This document shows positions 1 to 7,751 of a stretch of 64,000 bases of DNA, one piece after another. The position numbers and the translations under genes are program-made. The notes beneath the pieces were generated by a model that was given only the letters and a program-made list of their open reading frames with translations, was not told the origin of the DNA and made no database searches. This stretch comes from Myxococcales bacterium (GTDB lineage Bacteria > Myxococcota_A > Polyangia > Polyangiales > Polyangiaceae): assembly GCA_043747615.1 (NCBI GenBank), contig JAYTOU010000007.1, positions 35,606 to 99,605 of the forward strand. Reading direction: 5' to 3'. Each line of letters opens with the position of its first letter. Position 1 is the stretch's first letter.

Positions 1-230
1 CGCAGAGCGAGGGCCTTGGTGATGTGCTCGCCGTTCGCGTCGCTTCCGTGACCCACGGCTTGGAGAAGGCCGACCTCGTAGAACGGCCTCTGCGGATTCT
101 GACCGGCCACGTATACCTCGACGCCTTGTGCGGCGGGCGGCCCGGGCGGGCGAAGCAGCACTTCGTGAACCTCGGTGAAACCGCATCCTGCGAGCGCGAG
201 CGGAACGACGAAGAAGAAGCGCGAATCCAT
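1..230 (-). CDS. Putative lipoprotein, truncated by the window edge; likely paralog of the adjacent lipoprotein
   Basis: Own translation MDSRFFFVVPLALAGCGFTEVHEVLLRPPGPPAAQGVEVYVAGQNPQRPFYEVGLLQAVG...; lipobox LAGC; ATG overlaps the upstream TAA (TAATG). Confidence 0.75.
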   Translation of the reverse strand, partial: MDSRFFFVVPLALAGCGFTEVHEVLLRPPGPPAAQGVEVYVAGQNPQRPFYEVGLLQAVGHGSDANGEHITKALAL

Positions 231-676
231 TACTCACCTGTCTCCGCACCCGAGCGAACGAGCTCAGCGTGACCGTGAATCGAAAGGACCATCGCTTCGT
301 AGCGCACCGGATACAGCCGGGTGCCGACGCAGGTGTAGAAGCCGCACGGGTACGTGTACGATTCGGCGTCGAGACGCTCGACCATCCGAAAATCGGCGCC
401 GACGTTGTCGACCACGGCCGCGTTTCCGCCAAGCGAGGCGACCTTCTGAACGAAGAGCGGCAGAAGCGTTTCGACCGTCGCTTCCGTTTGGTACGCGTGC
501 ACTTCGACTACGCCGAGATCGGTCGCGGCGGCCGGGCGGTTAGCCATGAACACGCTGACCGCACCAACGTGGGCCGGCAACCGCAGCGGCCCGGTAGCGA
601 TCGCAGTCGCCCGCACCGACGAGCATCCAAAGCCCGTCGCGGCAAGCAGCAAGATCAGCGTGTTCGCGTTTTTCAT
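230..676 (-). CDS. Putative lipoprotein of unknown function
   Basis: Start MKNANTLILLLAATGFGC gives a signal peptide with lipobox; GGAG lies upstream of ATG 676. Confidence 0.75.
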   Translation of the reverse strand: MKNANTLILLLAATGFGCSSVRATAIATGPLRLPAHVGAVSVFMANRPAAATDLGVVEVHAYQTEATVETLLPLFVQKVASLGGNAAVVDNVGADFRMVERLDAESYTYPCGFYTCVGTRLYPVRYEAMVLSIHGHAELVRSGAETGE

Positions 677-729
677 CCGACTCCAAATGGTAGGCCTCGC
701 TTGGCCGTCGGCAAGCTGCACTCCGCCTT

Positions 730-2043
730 CTAGAGCAGATTTGCGGCGATCTCAGCAAGCTCGCTGCGCTCACCCTTGGCAAGCACGATGTGTCCCGCCA
801 ACTTCTCGCCGCGAAATTTGTCGGCGGCGATGGTGAGCCCATTGGAAGCGCTGTCTACGTACGGGTTGTCGATCTGCCCCGGATCACCGGTGAGGACGAT
901 CTTGGTGCCGTCACCCGAGCGGGTGATGATCGTCTTGATCTCGTGAGGCGTGAGGTTCTGGGCTTCGTCGACGATCATGTATTGCTGCGGCAAGGAGCGA
1001 CCGCGAATGTACGTCAGCGGCTCGACCTGAATTTGACCGCTCTCGAGCAACTCGGCGTAGGCGCGCGGGCCTTTGCGCGTACCGCTCGAGAAGAGAAATT
1101 CGAGGTTGTCGAAGATCGGCTGCATCCAGGGATTGAGCTTTTCGTCCACGTCGCCCGGCAAAAAACCGAGATCGCGACCGAGTGGCATTACCGGACGCGA
1201 CACGAGAATGCGGGTGTAGGCGCCGTCTTCCACGGTGCGTTTCAGGCCTGCAGCGAGCGCGAGCAGCGTCTTGCCGGTGCCCGCTTTTCCGATGAGGGTG
1301 ACCAGGCGGATCGATTCGTCGAGGAGAAGATCGATGGCGTAGCTCTGCTCTTTGTTGCGCGGGCGAACGCCCATGATTCCTTCACGCGGCGTGCGGAGCG
1401 CGACGACTTCTTTCTTCGTCGCCTCGTACCGACCAAGCGCGGTGTGGGAGGGATTGGTGCGGTCCCGTAGGAGGATGCACAGGTTCGCAGAGAAACCCTC
1501 GGCATCTTTCGGAACGAAGCGCCCTTCGTGGAAAAATGCATCGATTTCACCGGCATCGACGTCCAGCTCTTTGATGCCGGTGTCGAGGGTATCGGCCTCG
1601 ACGCGCATGTTCTCGTACGTCTCGGAGACCATCCCCAGGGCATCCGCGCGGATGCGGAGGTTGGTGTCCATCGTCACGAAAATCGTTGGGCGTCCGGGCT
1701 CTTCTTCACGGATGGCAAACGCGGTCTGCAAGATCGCGGCATCCATCGCCGCCTTGTCGATCGCGCTCGGAAGCTCGGGGCGCTTGGAGGGCACGGCAAC
1801 GCGCAGCGTCCCGCCCGACTTCAGGGGCACGCCTTTCGAGAGCGAGCCACCCGATTCCCGGAGATCGTCGAGGACCCGCGCGATCTGGCGGGCGTTGCGA
1901 CCACGCTCGGAGCCTTCGCGCTTGAACTGATCAACCTCTTCGATACAGAAGATCGGGATGATGACGTCGTTGTCTTCGAACTTGAAGATCGCTTGGGGGT
2001 CGTGGAGGAGAATGTTCGTGTCGAGGACGTAGTTCTTCTTCAT
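730..2043 (-). CDS. PIN-PhoH fusion protein (PhoH2/YlaK-like ATPase with PIN nuclease domain)
   Basis: N-terminal YVLDTNILLHDP PIN motif; Walker A GKAGTGKT; PhoH motifs LGFLPG, YIRGRS, DEAQN and GDPGQID. Confidence 0.95.
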   Translation of the reverse strand: MKKNYVLDTNILLHDPQAIFKFEDNDVIIPIFCIEEVDQFKREGSERGRNARQIARVLDDLRESGGSLSKGVPLKSGGTLRVAVPSKRPELPSAIDKAAMDAAILQTAFAIREEEPGRPTIFVTMDTNLRIRADALGMVSETYENMRVEADTLDTGIKELDVDAGEIDAFFHEGRFVPKDAEGFSANLCILLRDRTNPSHTALGRYEATKKEVVALRTPREGIMGVRPRNKEQSYAIDLLLDESIRLVTLIGKAGTGKTLLALAAGLKRTVEDGAYTRILVSRPVMPLGRDLGFLPGDVDEKLNPWMQPIFDNLEFLFSSGTRKGPRAYAELLESGQIQVEPLTYIRGRSLPQQYMIVDEAQNLTPHEIKTIITRSGDGTKIVLTGDPGQIDNPYVDSASNGLTIAADKFRGEKLAGHIVLAKGERSELAEIAANLL

Positions 2044-2097
2044 CAGGAGTTTCGCGCACTCTCCTTCTCGGGCCCTTCGAGCGCAAGCGGAAGCGAC

Positions 2098-3141
2098 TCA
2101 GAGGCCAAAAAGTAGCTCGTCCAGCTTAGGTTGATCAATGTTGATGGAGTATGGGTGATACTCGCAGGAGGCGAAGGCAAAGGAGCGATCGCCAACGTGG
2201 GCTCGGAGCTCGGCCGGCAGGCGTGAGTCGTTCGACGCGCGCTCGAGCTCGACCCACAAACGGCGATGAAAGTCGCCCGCGACCCATGCGTTCATTCCGT
2301 CCACATAGGCGCGGCGGACCTCGGGCGGGAGATACGCTGCGAAGACGGTTTGGAACGCGAAGACCACGACCTCGGGGTGGGCCTGTGAATAGCGCTCGAG
2401 CCACGCGGGCATCTCCGTGGCGTCCACCGCCTCCACCGTCATTTCGCCCTTCGAAAGAGCCGACTTCGCGGCGTGCACCGCGGCTTCGAAGCGAGCCTTT
2501 CGCGCATGTTGCCCGGGCCACAAGCACGCGCGCAACCAGGCCACTTCATCCTCCCGGCGCAGATCGACAGGCGCGCGATCGAGCCCGATTCGCGCTTTGA
2601 TCCGCCTCGTGTCCGCGAGATAGATCCCCTGCTCGTTGCCATCGACCCACCACACCGGCACGCGATCGGCGACCAGGTTGAGCCCTGCGCTGCATCCAAG
2701 ATCAACGAGTGCCACCCATTCTCCGTCGAACCGCGCGAGCGGAAGCCGCCACGCGATTGCCCGGGTGACCTCGTTCGTCTGCACGAAGCGATCGCGGAGC
2801 GCTCCGTAAAACGGCGCCGCCTCTTCGAGAGCGAGAGCGAGGGCTCGCCGATCCACGACCACAGTGCCCGCTGCGTCGTCACCGAGCACGGAGCGGAGCG
2901 GGTGATCGGTGCGGGTCAGCGCATCTCTGCGGAGCGCGGCGAGAAAGAGAAGCGGACGCTCGTAGTCCGCCTGAAACTTTCGATCTTTCCAGGCTTGCTC
3001 GAAGCGCGCGTGAATCTCTGGATGCTCGACGAAGAGGGGCGCGAGCGCCCGCAAGAGATCGGCGTACGTCCCGAGCTCACGCGTCTCGAAGAAGCGCGCT
3101 TGCCCCTCCGCCTCGCCCGCAAATCCTTCCAGACCTCGCAT
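2098..3141 (-). CDS. DUF2332-like protein with a methyltransferase-like fold
   Basis: Motifs QTNEVTR, DLGCSAGLNL, RIGLDRAPVD and WLRACLWP; SD-like GGAGG upstream. Confidence 0.8.
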   Translation of the reverse strand: MRGLEGFAGEAEGQARFFETRELGTYADLLRALAPLFVEHPEIHARFEQAWKDRKFQADYERPLLFLAALRRDALTRTDHPLRSVLGDDAAGTVVVDRRALALALEEAAPFYGALRDRFVQTNEVTRAIAWRLPLARFDGEWVALVDLGCSAGLNLVADRVPVWWVDGNEQGIYLADTRRIKARIGLDRAPVDLRREDEVAWLRACLWPGQHARKARFEAAVHAAKSALSKGEMTVEAVDATEMPAWLERYSQAHPEVVVFAFQTVFAAYLPPEVRRAYVDGMNAWVAGDFHRRLWVELERASNDSRLPAELRAHVGDRSFAFASCEYHPYSINIDQPKLDELLFGL

Positions 3142-3226
3142 TCGTCGTCCTCCGTCCGTGAAATGGGGCGGCCCGTGGTGACAGTCAATGTTGATTCATC
3201 GGTGCACATGTACAAAGCTGGCGCGA

Positions 3227-4480
3227 ATGGCCGGCGCACGAGGGTTTTTAACCGCAAGCGAGGCGGCTGCGCGTCTGGGAGTAAAGGCGTCGACGCTCTA
3301 CGCGTACGTGTCTCGAGGTCTCCTCCGAAGCGAAGCGACCGACGGAGCGGCCCGAGCCCGGAGATACGCCGCGCGCGATGTCGAGCGCCTCCTCGAGCGA
3401 AAGCGGATGCGTCAGGAGCCCTCCCTCGCCGCGTCGCGAGCGCTGTGGTGGGGCGCTCCGGTGGTGGAGTCGTCGATCTCCTTCGTCGACGGAAAACGCC
3501 TTTTTTACCGAGGCCTCGAGGCTGTGCCGCTGTCCGAGCGCACTTCGTTCGAGCGCGTCGCAAGCCTCCTGTGGACGGGCTCGCTCGGACGTGGCGAGCC
3601 GTGGTGTGACGCGACGGCACTGCCAGCGGCGGCGGCGCGAGTCGTGGAGACCATGGCGGGCGAGTCTACTCCGCTTGCGCAGCTTCAGCTGCTCACACCG
3701 CTCTTTGCCCTCCGAGACGAGTCTCGCTTCGACACGAGCGCGGTGCACGTCGTCGCTACCGCAAAACGGATCATCATGAATCTCACGATGGCGATCTCCG
3801 GCGCAGCGCGGGCGCCAAGAAAGAGGCGGGCCTCGGGCGTCGCAAGTGGGCTATTTTTCAGCTTGTCCGGCCGCACTGCGTCCGAAGCTTCGGTGCGCGT
3901 GATGGATCGGGCGCTCGTCCTTTGTGCCGAGCACGAGCTCAACGCATCGACCTTTGCGGCGCGGGTCGCAGCGAGCGCGGGAGCCGATCCATACGCGGTG
4001 GTCGCAGCGGCGCTCGCGACTCTCAGTGGGCCGAAACACGGCGGCGCCTGCGATCGCATCGAAGCGCTCGTACGCGAAGTAGAGCGTCCAGAGAGAGCCG
4101 CGAGGGTGGTGTTCGCCAGGAGCGCGCGGGGGGAGTCCCTACCGGGCTTCGGTCATCCCCTGTACCCGGACGGCGATCCGCGAGCGCGCCCTCTGCTCGA
4201 GATGGCGCGCGAGCAGCGTGCTCCGAAGGCGGGCGCCACGCTCGAGACGGTGCTCGCCATCGTCGATGCCGCGGCGGAGACTTCGCACGGCGCACCGACG
4301 CTCGACATCGCGCTCGTTGCGGTAGCGGCGGCACTGCAGCTCCCACCGGGATCGGCGGCTTGCATCTTCGCCATCGGGAGAATCGCCGGCTGGATTGCCC
4401 ACGCCCTCGAGCAGTACGCGATGGACGAGCTCATTCGCCCCCGCGCCCGCTACGTCGGACCAAAAGTGGAGGCCTCGTGA
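3227..4480 (+). CDS. Citrate synthase family protein with an N-terminal helix-turn-helix domain
   Basis: LTASEAAARLGVKASTLYAYVSRG HTH; citrate synthase motifs EHELNASTF, GPKHGGA, GFGHPLY, PTLD and RPRARYVG; start placed at ATG 3227. Confidence 0.9.
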   Translation: MAGARGFLTASEAAARLGVKASTLYAYVSRGLLRSEATDGAARARRYAARDVERLLERKRMRQEPSLAASRALWWGAPVVESSISFVDGKRLFYRGLEAVPLSERTSFERVASLLWTGSLGRGEPWCDATALPAAAARVVETMAGESTPLAQLQLLTPLFALRDESRFDTSAVHVVATAKRIIMNLTMAISGAARAPRKRRASGVASGLFFSLSGRTASEASVRVMDRALVLCAEHELNASTFAARVAASAGADPYAVVAAALATLSGPKHGGACDRIEALVREVERPERAARVVFARSARGESLPGFGHPLYPDGDPRARPLLEMAREQRAPKAGATLETVLAIVDAAAETSHGAPTLDIALVAVAAALQLPPGSAACIFAIGRIAGWIAHALEQYAMDELIRPRARYVGPKVEAS

Positions 4481-5583
4481 TCACGCCCGAAATCCCGCCG
4501 CGATGGACGAAGCAAATCGATGGGCCGCTGAAGAGCGCAGTGCGTCGCGTTCCGCTACTCAGCTTGGCCACGCCTGCAAACGCCGCCTCGGAGCGAGCGC
4601 GCCTCGTCGATGCCTTCGCCTCCGGACGGCCGCGCCAGCCAGAGTGGCGGTATGCGCCGTTCGGTACGAGCGCCGTGAAGAGAGACCTCGAGACCATCCT
4701 CACCGAGCTCGAAAAATCGGAACCCTCTCCCCTGCGGGACATCTACGCGGCACGGATCCGTGAGCTCGCTCGGGAAGCCGACCTGTGTGAAGCGATCGGG
4801 ACGCCCGCCCTCGCGTCCCTCGCCGAAGTGCGTTTCAAGTCCCCGCAAGCACAGAACACCGTCGACGCCGAGGCCCTCGCCAACGCGTGGATCGCCGAAG
4901 AAGTAGCCGCTCAACCGAGCGCCGGCGTCCTCGTCCGAAGCGACGCCCCAGATCCTCGCTCCCTCCTTTCACGCATGCGCGCCGAGGTCGGTCGCCTGTG
5001 TCTCCCATTCTCGGTGGTGGTCCATCCCGAGCTGTCGTCCCTCGCAGCAACCGGTGAACGCACCATCTTGATCGCAGGCGGGCGCCTGCTCTCGGAAGAG
5101 GCGACGCGGCGGACGGTGATGCACGAGACTCACGGACACGCCCTTCCGCGCACGCGTGCGGCTCTCCTCGCACCGGGAATCTTTCAAGTTGGCACGGCGC
5201 ACGGGATCGACGAGCAAGAGGGCTATGCACTTTGCCTCGAATCGCGCAGCGAAGCGCTCGGATCGTTGAGGCGTCGCGAGCTGGCTGCCCGGTACGTGGC
5301 GGTCGAAGCGATGTGCGGCGGGGCGAGCTTCGTCGACGCAGTGCTCTTCCTGGTGGAGACTCACGGCATCCCTGTCCCCGAAGCGATCCTCGTCGCCGAG
5401 CGATGCTTCCGCGGAAGCGACGGCAGCTTCGCTGGCCTGGGCCGTGAGCGCATTTATCTGGAGACGTTCCTCCGTGTGCGCGATTGGCTCGCCGTGCACC
5501 CCTCGGACGAGCGCGTTCTCGCCTCCGGGCAACTATCACTCGATTCCATCAGCACGCTGCGGGGCTTCGTCGCTCACGTGTAG
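4477..5583 (+). CDS. DUF1704/QEGLA-motif zinc metallopeptidase-like protein
   Basis: HETHGH (HExxxH) plus QEGYA; GTG start overlaps the upstream TGA (GTGA). Confidence 0.75.
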   Translation: MITPEIPPRWTKQIDGPLKSAVRRVPLLSLATPANAASERARLVDAFASGRPRQPEWRYAPFGTSAVKRDLETILTELEKSEPSPLRDIYAARIRELAREADLCEAIGTPALASLAEVRFKSPQAQNTVDAEALANAWIAEEVAAQPSAGVLVRSDAPDPRSLLSRMRAEVGRLCLPFSVVVHPELSSLAATGERTILIAGGRLLSEEATRRTVMHETHGHALPRTRAALLAPGIFQVGTAHGIDEQEGYALCLESRSEALGSLRRRELAARYVAVEAMCGGASFVDAVLFLVETHGIPVPEAILVAERCFRGSDGSFAGLGRERIYLETFLRVRDWLAVHPSDERVLASGQLSLDSISTLRGFVAHV

Positions 5584-5584
5584 A

Positions 5585-6655
5585 TTACATATTTTTTGTG
5601 CAGCCGCTCTGGGTGGCCGTCGAGGCTCCTAGCTTCGCGACTGGCTTGCACGTGTAGCCCGGGCGACAAACGCCAGACACGGTCGGATCGCACACCGGAA
5701 GGCAATATCCGCCGAGCGCCGCGAAGTCCGCGCAGAAGCTGACGGGGCGCATGGGGTCTTGGGGGCAGTCCTGTTTCGTGCATTGGACGGTGCACATGCC
5801 GCCGGGAAAATCCTTTGCGCAGAACGCCGCGGGCGCGACGCACACCATGTCCGAGGTGCAGGAGTCTCCGGTCCACGCTCCACCGCCGTCGGTGACGATC
5901 GGACCGAAGTAGTCAGTGGCCGTCGCGTAGTTTTGCCAGATGTTCCAGACGAGCCAGTTGCCCCCCTTTCCCAGGCCGACCGTCGGCGAATATTGGTAGA
6001 GCGCGGCGGTCGAATCGTCGACCGGCGTCAACCGCACGCCATCGATGGTGACGCTCTGTTTTCCAGGCCCCCAGTTGCCTGCCGTCTGACCGCTCCCCGC
6101 GATCTCGTCGAGGCTCGTGCGGAGCTTTCGCGCCACACAATCGACCTGACGATCGAACCCCGCGAGCGCAGGGTCGCAGCTCGAGCCCCCACCAGGGCAG
6201 CCGCATCCGAACACGTACTCCACGCGAGAAGGCGGGAACGGATAAAACTGTTCGCCGATGAGCCCTTGGTCGACCTGGGCGCGGACCAGAAGAAAAAGCG
6301 GGTTGATCCGGTACGCAGCGCCGGCACGCACGACGGCCTCGGAGGCACGCACGCCGTTCGATTGGTACGTCTGTAAGAAGCTCGGCCGCTTGTAGGGTGT
6401 CTTCGCCAGGAAATTTTGGATGGCGACCGCATCGAGGGTGAGCGTGTCCGTGAAGCTCGCCGACTCGATGATCTCACCGGCGACGAAGTCGAGCACTGCC
6501 TCGTTCTTCGCCAAGTCTTGCGCCTGGAGGAACGTGCTCTCGGACGACTTCTTCGCACAGCCCGAGCTCGCCGCTCCTGCCCCGATCGTGACGATGGACA
6601 TCACGCACGCAGCTTGGAGCGATCGAAAGCTAACGCTGGGGACGTGGAGGGCCAT
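5585..6655 (-). CDS. Lipoprotein with a possible lysozyme-like/cell-wall hydrolase domain and a C-terminal Cys-rich domain
   Basis: Lipobox-like SSGC; INPLFLLVRAQVDQGL, FGCGCP and TAALYQYSP segments; C-terminal region with about 10 Cys; start uncertain. Confidence 0.6.
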   Translation of the reverse strand: MALHVPSVSFRSLQAACVMSIVTIGAGAASSGCAKKSSESTFLQAQDLAKNEAVLDFVAGEIIESASFTDTLTLDAVAIQNFLAKTPYKRPSFLQTYQSNGVRASEAVVRAGAAYRINPLFLLVRAQVDQGLIGEQFYPFPPSRVEYVFGCGCPGGGSSCDPALAGFDRQVDCVARKLRTSLDEIAGSGQTAGNWGPGKQSVTIDGVRLTPVDDSTAALYQYSPTVGLGKGGNWLVWNIWQNYATATDYFGPIVTDGGGAWTGDSCTSDMVCVAPAAFCAKDFPGGMCTVQCTKQDCPQDPMRPVSFCADFAALGGYCLPVCDPTVSGVCRPGYTCKPVAKLGASTATQSGCTKNM

Positions 6656-6683
6656 CTTTTGGGGCTTCGGGTGGGAACCCCTT

Positions 6684-7751
6684 CTACTTAACGTGTAGCG
6701 GCAGTTCGAGCCAGTTTGCTCCGCCGCGATTGTCGTGAACGACGATCCAAACAGTGCCTTCACCGGCCTCCATCGGGGCTTGGTACTCGTTTTCGGTGCC
6801 GGGAACCTTGCCAGAGACCGCGTCATAGAGGAGACGGGCGTCGCTCCCGAGCTTGCCTAACGTGGCGTAATAGGCGGCCCAGACCTGCTCTTTGCGGACA
6901 CTGCCGTCCGGGCCGTGATCGCTCGGGTTCGGCTCCTGGCTCGACTCGGGCACGACGACATCGAGCTTGATCTTCGGGCACGCCATCTGCGCCGCGGTTG
7001 CCGCAGCCCCGGTGGTGTCTTTGGGCACGCTGGTGCAGTGATCGACGATGATTCCGTCGTGGAGATCGATCTTCGCGCCTTCGAGGTGGGCCTCGGTGAT
7101 TTCCGGATTGGCGTTCGTGCGCGTGTCGTACCCGTATATTCGCGAGAAACCGATCACGTAGTCCTCGGGTCCGAGGCGATTCTTCGCGGCATCGAAGCAG
7201 CCGAACGGAACTGCCTGGGGGTTGCGCGGATCGCGCTCGACGAGCTCGACGTGTCCTGCGCAGGCAATGTTGAACACGATCCCGAGGCCGTACGGGATGT
7301 CCGCGCCCGGCACCACGGGGTGCGACGTGACGATGTCCATCGGCATGGTCACCGTGTACTTCGCTCCCGACGGAAGGAAGGGAGTCAGGTCTACGCCTGG
7401 CTTGAGAAACGCACCCGCGGGGCTAGGCGCCATCATCATGCCGCCCTCGGAAAGCTGCGCAAAACAAGCGTAATACAAGTCTTGGATGGGGTTCTTACAA
7501 AGGAACGGCAACCAATAAATCTTCATTGGCTCCGGACGAATTTTTCGTGCGTCGTACGCCAGCACCTCGACGGTTACCGTTGCGCCAGGCGCCGCGTACG
7601 GCTTGTCGGTCCGCGAAGCGAGGACCCGCACCGTGCTAATTTTGCTCGACGGATCGAACTCCGAGAGCCCGCAGCCGATCGAGCTACATGCCATCACGGC
7701 GGCGAGAAGTACGACGACCGCAAAGTCGAAGAGGTGTGCAGGGCGAGCCAT
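6684..7751 (-). CDS. Putative lipoprotein partner of the TonB-dependent receptor
   Basis: MARPAHLFDFAVVVLLAAVMACSSIGC signal/lipobox; ATG overlaps the receptor stop; ends IVVHDNRGGANWLELPLHVK. Confidence 0.75.
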   Translation of the reverse strand: MARPAHLFDFAVVVLLAAVMACSSIGCGLSEFDPSSKISTVRVLASRTDKPYAAPGATVTVEVLAYDARKIRPEPMKIYWLPFLCKNPIQDLYYACFAQLSEGGMMMAPSPAGAFLKPGVDLTPFLPSGAKYTVTMPMDIVTSHPVVPGADIPYGLGIVFNIACAGHVELVERDPRNPQAVPFGCFDAAKNRLGPEDYVIGFSRIYGYDTRTNANPEITEAHLEGAKIDLHDGIIVDHCTSVPKDTTGAAATAAQMACPKIKLDVVVPESSQEPNPSDHGPDGSVRKEQVWAAYYATLGKLGSDARLLYDAVSGKVPGTENEYQAPMEAGEGTVWIVVHDNRGGANWLELPLHVK

